From Maridesulfovibrio sp. (GTDB taxonomy: Bacteria; Desulfobacterota; Desulfovibrionia; Desulfovibrionales; Desulfovibrionaceae): DNA of 64,000 nucleotides. Position 1 is the first letter of the stretch; each line of letters starts with the position of its first letter. The translations under genes were made by a program, and so were the position numbers. The stretch is from assembly GCA_963676295.2 (NCBI GenBank), contig CAXXJR010000006.1. One strand, given 5' to 3'. Under the pieces are notes generated by a model, which worked only from the letters and a program-made list of their open reading frames with translations, was not told where the DNA came from and did not search any database. Positions 49,759 through 60,903 of this stretch are shown in pieces.

Positions 49759-51088
49759 ATGGCAAAAAACAAAACTCGAGTAATTCCAATCATATTTTTG
49801 ATTTTGATAGTGGGAATTCTCTGCGGAGGAGCGTATTTGTTGTATAAAGATACAAACGCCCCACAAATTACACTGACACCGGACAAAGGATTTATTAATT
49901 TTACTACTCCGATCACCGTCAGCATCAATGATGCACAGTCAGGGATTAAAGCTGTAAAGATTGTATTAACTCAGGGTAAAAAGAAAACAACCCTTACCGA
50001 AAAAATTCTACCGAAAGGAACCTTTGATTATAATCAAGAGATTCTGTTCACTAAGGATCAGATCAAACAAGGTAGTTTTGAAGTTGCCGCATGGGCAGTA
50101 GACAGCTCACTTGCCGGATTCGGCAGTGGGAATGCATTTATTGCAAGAGGAAACTATACTCTTGATACAATTGCGCCCAGAATAACGGTTCAAACTACCT
50201 CTCACAATCTGACTCAAGGCGGTTGCGCCCTGATAATCTATTCACTTGATGAAACTCCTGCAAAATCAGGCGTAGAAGTTGGAGAAGACTTCTTCCCGGG
50301 ATACAAACAACCTAACGGTGACTATGCATGTCTTTTTGCCATGCCGTTTTATTCAGATGTAAAAACATTCAACCCAAGGCTGATGGCAGAGGATGCAGCT
50401 AAGAACATAAGAACCAGCACTTTCTGGTATCATACGAACGCTAAAAGATACCGTCATGATAACATTAACATCTCGGACCGCTTCTTAAGCAGCAAGATGC
50501 CTCAATTTGAAGCATCCTTCCCTGGAGTTTCAGATCAGGTTGAATTATTTTTGAGAGTTAATAGAGAGCTGCGTAAAACAAACAGAGCCGAACTTCGCAA
50601 GATAGGACTCGACACATCACCAACCTTTACCTTCAAAGGTAAATTCAGGAGACTGCCAAATTCAGCAGCCAGAGCAGGATTCGGCGATCAACGGACATAC
50701 ATGCATAATGGCAAAAAAATAGATCATCAGACTCATCTGGGAATCGACCTTGCCAGCACAAGACACGCCCCCATTCCTGCTGCCGCAAATGGCCGTGTAG
50801 TTGTGGCTGCACATGATTTCGGAATATACGGAAACGCTATCATAATTGATCACGGTTTGGGTCTACAAACTCTATACTCTCACCTCAGCAAGATTGATGT
50901 CGCTGTCGGTGACACTGTCAAAAGAGGACAGATTATCGGTTAAAACAGGTGCTACCGGCATGGCTGGCGGTGACCACCTCCACTTCGGAGTTCTCTGTTC
51001 CGGAATTCCAGTTAATCCTTATGAGTGGTGGGATGGAACATGGATAAAAAATAATATTACCAGTAAGTTGGATCAGCCGTCCAACTAA
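49759..51088 (+). pseudogene. membrane-anchored M23 (LytM) metallopeptidase interrupted by a 1-nt frameshift
   Basis: Frame 1 ends ...KRGQIIG-TAA at 50941-50943. The next frame continues KTGATGMAGGDHLHFGV to 51088. HLGIDL (HxxxD) lies before the break and HLH after it. Confidence 0.75.
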
Positions 51089-51112
51089 TTAAGTTATACT
51101 GAATGTTAAATA

Positions 51113-51150
51113 AAAGAGCTTGAAGATTAATATCTTCAAGCTCTTTTTTA
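51113..51150 (+). terminator. rho-independent terminator
   Basis: AAAGAGCTTGAAGAT-taat-ATCTTCAAGCTCTTT is followed by a T-run. Confidence 0.9.
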
Positions 51151-51336
51151 TGTAAAAATCTTACCTTTTTTATCTTCACAATTCTTACTGCATAAATTTC
51201 CCATCTAAAAGCACATCCGAAAGTTCATCCTAAATTTATTAGTTTTATACCAAATCGGTCTGCTTCTTGTATCAATTATAATCAGGAATGATTAATTTGA
51301 CGAATTTTCCGCACCCCATAAAAGGGAGGCAATATC

Positions 51337-51651
51337 ATGTGGAAAAAGGCCATAATAATTCTAGCAGTATTTATCTTTTCAGGACTGACTATTACGGTTA
51401 CGGCTGTTAACGCAGCAGAACGCAGCACAGAAAATGAACTTTCCATCCGAATCGATAAAAGAAATTACAATTCACGCAGTGCCAGCCAGCTGACGGGTAA
51501 ATCGATAGTAACCAACAGCTTTACTATTTCAGACGGAATTAATGCAGGATTCATTTTCGGACTGGATTCCAATACCCACAAAAACGAACAAAAATATAGC
51601 CCCGATAAAAAAGGTATAGGACTCGGACTTGGATTCAGCTTCAGCTTTTAA
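51337..51651 (+). CDS. small secreted protein, possibly outer-membrane associated
   Basis: It has a signal peptide (AVNAAE) and a Gly-rich C-terminus ending FSFSF, a terminal aromatic as in OM beta-barrel signatures. The RBS is GGGAGG. Confidence 0.6.
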   Translation: MWKKAIIILAVFIFSGLTITVTAVNAAERSTENELSIRIDKRNYNSRSASQLTGKSIVTNSFTISDGINAGFIFGLDSNTHKNEQKYSPDKKGIGLGLGFSFSF

Positions 51652-51963
51652 ATAGAAACCTACTGCATATATTAAATTAATTCACCCTACTCCAGTTTCA
51701 CTCTCGTTAAACCAGCTCACATACTCTGCATCCAATCTCCTATGAAATCTCGTAGCATCTCCACTTTACGTCACGAGATATCATACTTTCATATGCAAAG
51801 ACCACTTTTACACTTCCGTTATAACAACCTGCCATAAAACCTAGCAAGACAACTCGTTTTTATCAATTATGTATTATACACACTAATATTACAGAGTGCA
51901 TTGACTGCTTATTCCATTAATTGTAAACAATAGACAATACTAACAACTAAAGGAGAGTAAAAA

Positions 51964-52212
51964 ATGCAAAAAACTACATTAGAGAAAGTTTTTGAATATG
52001 CTTCGATGCCTCTGCACGGGACGCTGTCCCGCAAGCTCAGAAAGCAACTTAAAATTCAAATTAACGAAGGAACTGTTTATGAATCCGCAATACTTTTCCT
52101 TGGCGAAGAATTCGTCCGTATAACGCAGGAAGAAGGTGGAGAATCAATTAACACTTATTACAGCTGGGAAGACATAGGATCTGTCAGAACTTTCAGTCCT
52201 ATTGAAGGATAA
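51964..52212 (+). CDS. hypothetical protein
   Basis: An 82-aa ORF with a strong AAAGGAGAG RBS and a terminator downstream. Confidence 0.55.
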   Translation: MQKTTLEKVFEYASMPLHGTLSRKLRKQLKIQINEGTVYESAILFLGEEFVRITQEEGGESINTYYSWEDIGSVRTFSPIEG

Positions 52213-52223
52213 GTTTAAATCAT

Positions 52224-52262
52224 AAAAAAAAGGGTGCTCCCCAATTGGTGAGCACCCTTTAA
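52224..52262. terminator. bidirectional terminator (hypothetical gene / lon)
   Basis: AAGGGTGCTC-loop-GAGCACCCTT is preceded by A8. Confidence 0.8.
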
Positions 52263-52283
52263 CTATTTTAAAACAAAGACTAA

Positions 52284-54737
52284 CTAGTGAGCAGAAGGCT
52301 GATACTCTTCTTTAACAAGAGTTAAGGCCACAGGGGTAATATTATTTTTACCTCTGAAAAGCTCTTCCGCTGTCAAACTCTCAAGAGCATGACTTAAAAC
52401 CTGATCCATATTTTCAACAGGATATATTTCCAGATCTTTCAAAATTGCATCTGGAACTTCCTTAAGATCTTTTTCATTTTCAGCAGGAATCAAAACTACT
52501 TTTGAAAGCCCTCTATGAGCAGCAAGCAGCTTTTCTCTCAATCCGCCGATAGGAAGAACCCTTCCGCGCAACGTGATTTCTCCAGTCATCGCCAGATCGT
52601 GCCGTACAGGAACGTTCAAGAACGCTGAAGCCATTGCGGTGCAAAGAGTAATACCGGCTGAAGGACCGTCTTTAGGAGTTGCTCCTTCAGGAACATGAAC
52701 GTGAATATCAATTTTCTCATGGAAGTTCGGTTTAAGCCCGAACAGATCCGAGCGTGAGCGAATGTATGAAAGAGCTGCCTGTGCAGACTCCTGCATAACA
52801 TCCCCAAGCTTACCGGTGATAACAACTTTACCTTTACCCGGCATAAGAACTACTTCAACCATTAGCATTTCACCGCCGACCTGCGTATATGCAAGCCCTG
52901 TTGAAACACCGATAAGAGACTTTTCTTCACTGGAACCATGACTGAACTTATGAACACCAAGTATCTTTGCAAGATTATTTTTGGTGACATGAATATTTTG
53001 AGATTTATCATTTGCTTCAACAATTTTCATTGCTGTCTTACGGCAAACCTTAGCAATCTCACGTTCAAGGTTTCGGACTCCAGCTTCCCTTGTATATGTG
53101 CGGACAATCTCAAGCATTGCACTGTCGGAAACAGCAAGATTTTCTAATTTCAATCCATGCTCTTCAATCTGCTTAGGCAAAAGGAAGTCCTTGGCAATTT
53201 GAGTTTTTTCAGTTTCAAGATAGCCCGGCAGACGGATGACTTCCATTCTGTCCTGCAAAGGACCGGGAATAGAGTTCAAATCATTAGCCGTTGTTATGAA
53301 AAAGACCTTTGACAGATCATAATCCAGATCAAGGTAATGATCACTGAATGTTCCGTTCTGTTCAGGATCAAGCACTTCAAGCAATGCCGCGGATGGATCT
53401 CCTCTGAAATCCGTGCTCATTTTATCTACTTCATCAAGACAGATAACAGGGTTGCTGAATTTGCAACGCCTGAGTGAATGAATAATTTTACCGGGGAGCG
53501 CGCCAACATAAGTACGGCGATGCCCTCTGATTTCAGCTTCATCACGAACTCCGCCAAGAGACAGACGAACAAACTCGCGATCCATAGCTCTTGCAATGGA
53601 ACGGGCAATTGAAGTTTTACCTACTCCGGGAGGGCCTACAAAACAAAGAATAGGACCTTTTATAGTTTCAACGAGAGACTGCACAGCCATATATTCGAGA
53701 ATGCGCTCTTTCGGTTTTTCAAGACCATAATGATCTTCATCCAAAATTTTGCGAGCCTCTGCAATATCCAGCTTAACAGATTTATACTCATTCCAAGGCA
53801 ACTCCATAACCCAGTCAACATAGTTGCGTACAACTGTGTATTCTGCCGAGGAAGGAGCCATTTGGCGCAGTTTTTTAATTTCTTTACGAACGCGTTCACG
53901 TGATTCATCGTCCATCTTTTTAGCATCAAGCTGTTCTTCAAGAGCTTGCGCTTCAGACTGCGGATCATCTTCACGCCCCATCTCTTTATTGATGGCCTTG
54001 AGTTGTTCATTAAGATAGTACTCGCGCTGATTTTTCTCCATCTGCCCTTTTACGCGGTTTTTCACACGCTTTTCAATGGACACGATTTCGATTTCGCCGA
54101 GCAGAAGCTCATAAACAGCTTCAAGTCTCTTAATCGGGTCTACCATTTCAAGAATAGTCTGCTTCTTGGTAAACTCAATTTTAAGATGAGGCATTATTGA
54201 ATCAGCAAGTTTGCCTGCAGTTCTAATGGTCGAAATAGCCAGAATTGTTTCCGGAGCAAGTTTTTTATTAACTTTTCCAAAATTTTCCAGCGCGCCATGA
54301 ACTGAACGAACAAGAGCTTCCGTGACATTTACATCAGCCGGAAGATCATCAATCGTTTCAAGATTAACCATCGGGAAAAGATCTTCAAAACTCTCGCCGT
54401 CAGCCTTCGGGTCCCACTGCGCACGGTAAAGACCTTCGAAAAGGACTTTAATTGTGCCGTCAGGAAGCCTGAGCATCTGGAGAATTTTGCTTACAGTACC
54501 GACTCTGAATAAATCTTCAGGCTCTGGTTTTTCTTTCTCTGGAAACTGCTGGGTAACAAGAAAAATCTTTTTATCATGTTCCGAAATAGCTTCTTCAATG
54601 GCTTTTATAGAAGCTTCACGCCCTACAAAAAGAGGTACTATAGAACGCGGGAACATTACTACTTCCCGCAGTGACATCATTGGAAGAATATTTTTTTCGG
54701 CGGATTCGTTGCCACCTTCGAATATTGTGGACGACAT
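52284..54737 (-). CDS. lon: ATP-dependent Lon protease
   Basis: It has a LON N-domain, GPPGVGKTS, and the proteolytic motif PKDGPSAG. The length is 817 aa. Confidence 0.97.
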   Translation of the reverse strand: MSSTIFEGGNESAEKNILPMMSLREVVMFPRSIVPLFVGREASIKAIEEAISEHDKKIFLVTQQFPEKEKPEPEDLFRVGTVSKILQMLRLPDGTIKVLFEGLYRAQWDPKADGESFEDLFPMVNLETIDDLPADVNVTEALVRSVHGALENFGKVNKKLAPETILAISTIRTAGKLADSIMPHLKIEFTKKQTILEMVDPIKRLEAVYELLLGEIEIVSIEKRVKNRVKGQMEKNQREYYLNEQLKAINKEMGREDDPQSEAQALEEQLDAKKMDDESRERVRKEIKKLRQMAPSSAEYTVVRNYVDWVMELPWNEYKSVKLDIAEARKILDEDHYGLEKPKERILEYMAVQSLVETIKGPILCFVGPPGVGKTSIARSIARAMDREFVRLSLGGVRDEAEIRGHRRTYVGALPGKIIHSLRRCKFSNPVICLDEVDKMSTDFRGDPSAALLEVLDPEQNGTFSDHYLDLDYDLSKVFFITTANDLNSIPGPLQDRMEVIRLPGYLETEKTQIAKDFLLPKQIEEHGLKLENLAVSDSAMLEIVRTYTREAGVRNLEREIAKVCRKTAMKIVEANDKSQNIHVTKNNLAKILGVHKFSHGSSEEKSLIGVSTGLAYTQVGGEMLMVEVVLMPGKGKVVITGKLGDVMQESAQAALSYIRSRSDLFGLKPNFHEKIDIHVHVPEGATPKDGPSAGITLCTAMASAFLNVPVRHDLAMTGEITLRGRVLPIGGLREKLLAAHRGLSKVVLIPAENEKDLKEVPDAILKDLEIYPVENMDQVLSHALESLTAEELFRGKNNITPVALTLVKEEYQPSAH

Positions 54738-54910
54738 TTATCCTCCTGCTTTTAATCTGGAAAAACTTTCAAATTTAACAATAACTCTGAGTAAGTGAAA
54801 TAATACCCACAATAGTTTTGTCAAATCTGAAAATGGATATTTATTGCAATTTAAAAATAACAAAAAACATAAAAAATATATAGGAAAGAAAAAAATCAAG
54901 GCAGGCGATC

Positions 54911-54947
54911 AAAAAAAGCGCCTCAAGTCTTATCGACTGGAGGCGCT
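54911..54947 (-). terminator. terminator after clpX
   Basis: On the minus strand, AGCGCCTC-loop-GAGGCGCT is followed by T7. Confidence 0.8.
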
Positions 54948-54954
54948 GATAAGT

Positions 54955-56205
54955 TTATGCACTTTTTACTTCATTATGATAAATGAGCAAAGGATCCATT
55001 CCTGTTTCAACAACGCTTTTATTGATGACACACTCTTTTACTCCGGTAAGAGAAGGAAGAACGTACATAATATCAAGCATGATCGATTCAAGAACATTTC
55101 TAAGTCCGCGTGCACCTGTCTTTCTTTTTACAGCCATACGGGCAATGCTGTTAAGAGCATTTGATGTAAATGTCAGACGCACGCCGTCCAGATCAAACAT
55201 TTTTTTGTACTGTTTAATCAGCGCATTCTTAGGTTCCTGAAGAATACGGATAAGATCCTCTTCAGTAAGTTCAGAAAGAGCTGTCTGAACAGGAATACGA
55301 CCTACAAATTCAGGAATCAAACCGAATTTTACGAGGTCGGCAGGTTCGGACTTACGGAACATTTCGCTGACACCAAGTTCTTTCTTGGATTCAACTTTTG
55401 CACCGAAACCGATTCCTGATCCCTGCAATCTCTGCTGTACAATCGAATCAAGTCCGATAAATGCACCACCGAGAATAAACAGAATATTTGAAGTATCGAG
55501 TCTGATAAATTCCTGCTGAGGATGCTTACGGCCGCCCTTAGGAGGAATATTAGCTTCAGTTCCTTCAATTATTTTCAGCAATGCCTGCTGCACACCTTCA
55601 CCGGAAACATCACGAGTAATAGACGGTCCATCACCCTTACGGGAGATTTTGTCTATTTCATCGATATAGATAATTCCGCGAGAAGCAGATTCAATATCAT
55701 AGTCGGCATTCTGCAAAAGCTGAACAAGGATATTTTCTACGTCTTCACCGACATAGCCGGCTTCGGTGAGGGTTGTTGCATCTGCAATTGCAAAAGGAAC
55801 TTTCAGAACCCTTGCAAGAGTCTGCGCAAGCAGAGTTTTACCGGAACCGGTAGGTCCGATCAAAAGGATGTTGCTTTTATCTATTTCAACATCATCAGAA
55901 TTTGATTTAGTATAGAAAACCCGTTTGTAATGGTTATGAACAGCAACAGCTAAAATTTTCTTAGCGCGATCCTGTCCGATAACATACTCATCAAGTAAAT
56001 CTTTAATTTCTTGTGGGGACAACAAGTTCCCTGCATCAAACTCCTCACTGACTGCTTCCTGCGCCATGATGTCATTACAGAGCTGGACACATTCGTCACA
56101 GATATAAACATCAGGTCCGGCAATCAGTCTCTGAACCTCATCCTGAGATTTAGAACAAAAGGAGCAATGAAGGTCCTGTCCTGAACCTTTTTTATCGTTA
56201 CTCAT
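54955..56205 (-). CDS. clpX: ATP-dependent Clp protease ATP-binding subunit ClpX
   Basis: It has a zinc-binding N-terminus (CSFC...CDEC), GPTGSGKT and IYIDEIDK. Confidence 0.97.
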   Translation of the reverse strand: MSNDKKGSGQDLHCSFCSKSQDEVQRLIAGPDVYICDECVQLCNDIMAQEAVSEEFDAGNLLSPQEIKDLLDEYVIGQDRAKKILAVAVHNHYKRVFYTKSNSDDVEIDKSNILLIGPTGSGKTLLAQTLARVLKVPFAIADATTLTEAGYVGEDVENILVQLLQNADYDIESASRGIIYIDEIDKISRKGDGPSITRDVSGEGVQQALLKIIEGTEANIPPKGGRKHPQQEFIRLDTSNILFILGGAFIGLDSIVQQRLQGSGIGFGAKVESKKELGVSEMFRKSEPADLVKFGLIPEFVGRIPVQTALSELTEEDLIRILQEPKNALIKQYKKMFDLDGVRLTFTSNALNSIARMAVKRKTGARGLRNVLESIMLDIMYVLPSLTGVKECVINKSVVETGMDPLLIYHNEVKSA

Positions 56206-56211
56206 CAGGAA

Positions 56212-56820
56212 TTAACCTTCCTTGGCTTCAAGATTTCCACGCGAAGTAAGAACTTTATCAATAAGTCCATACTCAATAGCTTCTTCGGCAGACATGAAAA
56301 AGTCGCGATCAGTATCCTTTTTAATTTCTTCAAGAGTTTTACCTGTATTTTTGGCCATTATGCCGTTCAGGTTATTCTTGAGTCTAAGAAGTTCTTTGGT
56401 CTGAATTTCAATATCAGTCGCCTGTCCCTGCGCACCGCCGAGTGGCTGATGGATAAGAATACGGCTGTTCGGCAACGAATAACGACTGCCTTTTTCGCCG
56501 GAACATAAGAGAAATGCAGCCATGCTGGCGGCCTGTCCCATACAAAGGGTGGCTACAGGAGCTGAAATGTATTGCATGGTATCATAAATCGCCATACCGG
56601 CAGTGACAACCCCACCGGGAGAATTAATATACATGAAAATTTCTTTTTCAGGATCTTCTGATTCTAAAAAAAGCAACTGAGCGCAAATAACACTTGCGAC
56701 ATGATCATCAATCGCACTTCCGAGCATGATAATTCTATCTTTCAGAAGACGTGAATAAATATCGTAAGCGCGTTCAGAGCGTCCCGTGGTTTCAATAACA
56801 ATAGGTATGGTTCCAGACAT
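56212..56820 (-). CDS. clpP: ATP-dependent Clp protease proteolytic subunit
   Basis: The translation has INSPGG, GQAASMA (catalytic Ser) and IHQP. Confidence 0.97.
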   Translation of the reverse strand: MSGTIPIVIETTGRSERAYDIYSRLLKDRIIMLGSAIDDHVASVICAQLLFLESEDPEKEIFMYINSPGGVVTAGMAIYDTMQYISAPVATLCMGQAASMAAFLLCSGEKGSRYSLPNSRILIHQPLGGAQGQATDIEIQTKELLRLKNNLNGIMAKNTGKTLEEIKKDTDRDFFMSAEEAIEYGLIDKVLTSRGNLEAKEG

Positions 56821-57033
56821 CTATATCTCCCGAGAGAAGAAATGTAATATAATTAAAGAAGGGTAAAATTCACAGAATTGCGAACTAACCACCCTTCATA
56901 AGGGCCATTTTACCAAGATAATATTCTAATCGTTTAAAAGCCTATGTTCAAGTATAAATCAAAATAACTTTGACTTCGTCCTTTCTAATTTAACTAGTTA
57001 ACTAGATATACGAGCATAGACAACCCTTTTCCC

Positions 57034-57082
57034 GGAAAAATAAAAATGGCGACACGGTTTATAAACTGTGCCGCCATTTTTT
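57034..57082 (-). terminator. terminator after tig
   Basis: ATGGCGGCACAG-loop-CCGTGTCGCCAT (with G-U pairs) is followed by a T-run on the minus strand. Confidence 0.75.
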
Positions 57083-57103
57083 GCTTATAATAAAACTCAG
57101 GTA

Positions 57104-58411
57104 TTACTTATCACCTTTTTCTTCAGGTTCTACTTCAGTAACATTTGCGTTTTCATAGATGAACTCAGCAGCTTTATCTGCAATCAGTCTATCTTTCAAA
57201 GGCATAAGGAGGTTGTGTTCTTCGTAGTAAGATTTAACAGAGCTGAAGTCCTGCTGGGTCTGCTGAGCAATCTGATGGAGAGCTCCTTCAACTTCCTGAG
57301 GTGCAACAGTGAGTTCTTCACGGTTGGCAACATGAAGAAGGAAGATTTCAGTGCGGACACTTTCTTCTGCAAGAGGAGTCTGTTCTGCGCGAAGTTCTTC
57401 CATGCTCTTACCAAGTGATTCAAAACTGCGTCCTGAACGTTCAGCACGAGTAATAACGTCTGCAACCATACGCTCAATGCGGTCGTTAAGAAGAGAAGGA
57501 GGAAGCGGGAAGTCAAGATCCTTAACAATTGAGCTGATCAGTTTGGTAACAGCTGCGCTCTTGCAAAGCTGTTTACGGTTGGCAGTGTATGACTGTTTGA
57601 TGATTTCACGCATTTTTTCAACAGATTCAAAACCACCGATCTGCTTAACAATTTCATCAGTCAGTTCAGGCATTTTGCGTTCTTTAATTGCGTGAACAGT
57701 AACTTTCATAGTTGCTGTCTTGTTTGCAAGTTCAGAATTGATGAAATCTTCAGGGAAAGTAATATCAGTCTGACCGGATTCACCGGCTTTGAGAGTCTTT
57801 ACGAAATCTTCAAATTCCTGAAGGGAGTGGCCTTCACCGATAGGCAGGTCAAAGTTGTCTGCCTGAACACCGGGAATAGGTTCACCGTTCATTTCAGCGG
57901 AGAAAGTTACAGAAGCAAGTTCGCCGTCTTTTGCAGGGCGATCTTCTTCGATAGGCTCAATTTTAGCCATATTCTGAAGAAGTCTTTTTTCAACATCTTC
58001 AAGTTCGCTTTCAGGAACTTCTGCACGTTCTTCTTCAACAGAAAGTCCGAGATATGTAGGAGTTTCAAATTCAGGAACGATTTCAAATTTGATAGTATAA
58101 TTGAAGTCTTCATCTCTAACGAGTTCAGCAGCATCAACATCTATTTTAGAAACAGGAACAATAGACTGACCATTCAAAATTTCATTGATCTGGTAGTTAA
58201 TCAAATCAGTTGTAGCTTCGCCCACGATTTGTTTCTTATACTTAGACTGGATTACAGAGGTAGGAACTTTACCCTTTCTGAAACCTTTAATAGGTGTCTG
58301 CACTTTGTAAAGTGCAATAGTAGCGTCAAGTGCTGCGCCTACTTCTTCTGCGGGAACAGTAACCTTTACAGTTCTTTCTACCGGGGAAACTTCTTCGATA
58401 TTAAAATCCAT
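57104..58411 (-). CDS. tig: trigger factor
   Basis: It has GFRKGKVP (ribosome-binding loop) and a PPIase-like middle region, and sits in tig-clpP-clpX-lon order. GAAGGAG precedes the ATG at 58411. Confidence 0.95.
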   Translation of the reverse strand: MDFNIEEVSPVERTVKVTVPAEEVGAALDATIALYKVQTPIKGFRKGKVPTSVIQSKYKKQIVGEATTDLINYQINEILNGQSIVPVSKIDVDAAELVRDEDFNYTIKFEIVPEFETPTYLGLSVEEERAEVPESELEDVEKRLLQNMAKIEPIEEDRPAKDGELASVTFSAEMNGEPIPGVQADNFDLPIGEGHSLQEFEDFVKTLKAGESGQTDITFPEDFINSELANKTATMKVTVHAIKERKMPELTDEIVKQIGGFESVEKMREIIKQSYTANRKQLCKSAAVTKLISSIVKDLDFPLPPSLLNDRIERMVADVITRAERSGRSFESLGKSMEELRAEQTPLAEESVRTEIFLLHVANREELTVAPQEVEGALHQIAQQTQQDFSSVKSYYEEHNLLMPLKDRLIADKAAEFIYENANVTEVEPEEKGDK

Positions 58412-58620
58412 TGTATGTACTCCTTCTAAAATATATTCGCCGTGGTCGAAAAATACGACGGTTATGTACGTAAGCAATGCTATAAAATTAGGTTAGTGAA
58501 CCCTTTCACATTCGATAGCAAAAGAACTGGGATTATTTAGGCAGTTTCCATACAAAGTCAACCCCTGTTAAGGTTTGGTTTATGATTTAAGCTAAAATAT
58601 ATGGACAATTTATCTTGGAA

Positions 58621-58662
58621 AAAATAAAAAATCGGTAAACCATGACAGATTTACCGATTTTT
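58621..58662 (-). terminator. terminator after the small TPR-like gene
   Basis: On the minus strand, AATCGGTAAA-loop-TTTACCGATT is followed by a T-run. Confidence 0.75.
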
Positions 58663-58685
58663 CCGGAAATAGGAAAAACTATTTT

Positions 58686-58997
58686 TTACGCAGCGACATC
58701 TCTTAAAGATTCCATTTTACCCTTCATTCTGGCAATTAATGCAGCCTGCCCTTTATGAGCGGGATTTAAATAACTGATTGCAGTTCCGTAAGCCAGCACA
58801 GCATCATCAATTCTGCCACTCATCTGATATATCACCGACAAATTGTTATACATTGTAGCCCGATGAATTTTGCGGGAATTGCAAGAAGCAAGACTGATAG
58901 CTTTTAAAAGGTTTTCTTCCGCTTTCTCAAAATCACCTTCATTACACGCTGCCATACCTTCCCTGTTTAATTTCCAAGCGTTGCTGAAACTGCACAT
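58686..58997 (-). CDS. small TPR-like protein
   Basis: It is 103 aa with GDFEKAEENLLKAI and NNLSVIYQMSGRIDDAV, which are TPR-like. Confidence 0.6.
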   Translation of the reverse strand: MCSFSNAWKLNREGMAACNEGDFEKAEENLLKAISLASCNSRKIHRATMYNNLSVIYQMSGRIDDAVLAYGTAISYLNPAHKGQAALIARMKGKMESLRDVAA

Positions 58998-59078
58998 AGT
59001 TTACTCCTTAAAATATAATATCTGATTAAATTTTCTTAATTAGCGTCTTATTTGTTCGAACAATGATTTTTTATTTAT

Positions 59079-59093
59079 TGAAATTGATTTTCA
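59079..59093. promoter_or_regulatory. Fur-type 7-1-7 inverted repeat (candidate metalloregulator box)
   Basis: TGAAATT-G-ATTTTCA has arms that are inverted repeats at 6 of 7 positions. It lies within an AT-rich tract (CAATGATTTTTTATTTATTGAAATTGATTTTCATTGTCAATA) in a divergent promoter region. Confidence 0.45.
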
Positions 59094-59245
59094 TTGTCAA
59101 TAGTTTTTGTCTAAATTTAAGAACTTTAACCGAATCAAAATCCAATATTTAAATCAGCTCATAATCTACCTATGAACAAAATTAAAAAGCCGACTATTAA
59201 ATCAGCGTTGCTTATGATATGCAGTAAACAATCACAGGAGTAATT

Positions 59246-60841
59246 ATGAACCATAAAAAACTCATCACAAATCTGGTTATCTGCCTACTGTGTTTGTCAT
59301 CCTACAGCTTTGCGAAGGACTACACTTATCCTGTTATAGACACGGGACAAACTACCTGCTTCGACAACACATCACCTATCCCCTGCCCCGCGCCTGACGC
59401 AGGATTTGCAGGTCAGGATGCTCAATACAAAGGAAACCAGCCGACCTACCATGACAATGGTGATGGAACTGTTACCGATATGGTTACGGGGTTAATGTGG
59501 GTTAAAGCACGTGGAGATAAAGTTACATGGGATCAAGCTTTAAACGGTGCAAAATCCTGCAAAGCCGGAGGTTACTCAGACTGGCGGACACCAACAATTA
59601 AAGAACTGTACTCCTTAATTGATTTCAACGGATGGCTGTTCGGGCAGCCTAGCGGTAAGCCGTTTATTAATACAAAATTTTTCGACTTTAAATATGGCAA
59701 CCAACAGGCCGGTGAACGGGATATAGACTGTCAGGACTGGTCCGCAACAAAGTACACTGGAACAACGATGAACGGTAATCCCACTGTCTTCGGGGTTAAC
59801 TTCGCAGATGGGCGCATTAAGGGATATCCGGTAATAACACCTAGATACAATCAAAAGAACAAACTTTATATTCGCTATGTTCGCGGCAATCCGGAATACG
59901 GCAAAAACATTTTCGTAGACAACAGAGACAAAACTATTACCGACAAGAGTACAGGATTAGTCTGGCAAAAGAACGACAGCGCAACAAAATTAGATTGGAA
60001 AGAAGCTCTCAACTATTGCGACAAACTTAGCCTTGCGGGTCGCACTGACTGGCGTTTACCTAATGCAAAAGAGCTTCAATCCATAGTGGATTATAAACGC
60101 AGCCCCACAGCAACAAATTCTGCCGCCATTGATCCGATCTTTTCCGTAACAGATAAGGAATCATACTACTGGACCTCGACCACTCACCTGGACGGACCAA
60201 GACCGGGCAACGCTGTGTACATCTCGTTCGGGCGTGCAATGGGATATATGAAACTGCCCGGAAGTTCCATGCAAGGTCGCTGGATGGACGTGCACGGAGC
60301 AGGCGCACAGCGCAGTGATCCTAAAACAGGTGATCCTGCACAGTTCCCGAACGGACACGGACCGCAGGGAGATGATATCCGAATTTATAATTATGCACGT
60401 TGTGTTTCCGGCGGACAGGTCAAGCCTGACAATCCACCTCCACCATCACCGGATTTATACAACACCAATGGACCAAGCAATAATAGAATGCCTCCGCCAC
60501 CACCGCGCGGGAATAATCAAATGCAAAATTCTATACCCGGAAGAGGCCAATACGGCCAAATGGGTGGAATGGGCCAAGGGCAAAGACGCGGGCGAGGTAT
60601 GGGCTATGGAAACGGGAACGGAATGATGCAGGGGCAAGGCATGGGACAAGGACCGAATGGAATACGCCAAGGACCGCCTCCGCAAGCCGCGACTGCATGC
60701 GTAGACAAGTCTCAGGGAGACCCGTGTTCTTTTCAGACTCCGCGAAGAACTATAAACGGAAGCTGTCTGCAAATGGACGGAATGGGTGATCAGTTAATAT
60801 GTGTTCCTGCGGAGCATGGGCGTGGGATGAGGATGTGGTAG
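59246..60841 (+). CDS. secreted DUF1566 (Lcl C-terminal, C-type-lectin-like) protein with low-complexity tail
   Basis: It has a signal peptide (SYSFA-KD) and two DUF1566 signatures (YSDWRTPTIKEL and TDWRLPNAKELQSI). Residues 394-481 are Pro/Gly/Met/Gln-rich, followed by a 4-Cys C-terminal module. Confidence 0.8.
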   Translation: MNHKKLITNLVICLLCLSSYSFAKDYTYPVIDTGQTTCFDNTSPIPCPAPDAGFAGQDAQYKGNQPTYHDNGDGTVTDMVTGLMWVKARGDKVTWDQALNGAKSCKAGGYSDWRTPTIKELYSLIDFNGWLFGQPSGKPFINTKFFDFKYGNQQAGERDIDCQDWSATKYTGTTMNGNPTVFGVNFADGRIKGYPVITPRYNQKNKLYIRYVRGNPEYGKNIFVDNRDKTITDKSTGLVWQKNDSATKLDWKEALNYCDKLSLAGRTDWRLPNAKELQSIVDYKRSPTATNSAAIDPIFSVTDKESYYWTSTTHLDGPRPGNAVYISFGRAMGYMKLPGSSMQGRWMDVHGAGAQRSDPKTGDPAQFPNGHGPQGDDIRIYNYARCVSGGQVKPDNPPPPSPDLYNTNGPSNNRMPPPPPRGNNQMQNSIPGRGQYGQMGGMGQGQRRGRGMGYGNGNGMMQGQGMGQGPNGIRQGPPPQAATACVDKSQGDPCSFQTPRRTINGSCLQMDGMGDQLICVPAEHGRGMRMW

Positions 60842-60903
60842 TAGAGTTTTAACTTTACTACAGATGCAATTTAGCTAACTTTGACAACTAGAGAGGCATA
60901 ATT

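Noticed and set aside
50935-50945. Programmed ribosomal frameshift in the M23 peptidase
   Set aside because: The sequence GGT TAA A has no recognisable slippery heptamer, no prfB-like CUU UGA C context, and no upstream SD-like stimulator. A mutation or sequencing error is more likely.
54835-54850. TGGATA-N4-TTGCA sigma54-like sequence between clpX and lon
   Set aside because: The spacer is one nucleotide short, and the element is on the plus strand, opposite to lon.
56990-57006. Palindrome TTAACTAGTTAA (and tandem TAACTAG) upstream of clpP as a heat-shock operator
   Set aside because: It does not match CIRCE (TTAGCACTC-N9-GAGTGCTAA) or any sigma32 pattern. It is a short AT-rich palindrome that could easily arise by chance.
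57692-58429. 245-aa plus-strand ORF antisense to tig
   Set aside because: It lies entirely inside the well-supported trigger factor gene and has a Phe/Asn-rich composition typical of antisense frames in AT-rich DNA.
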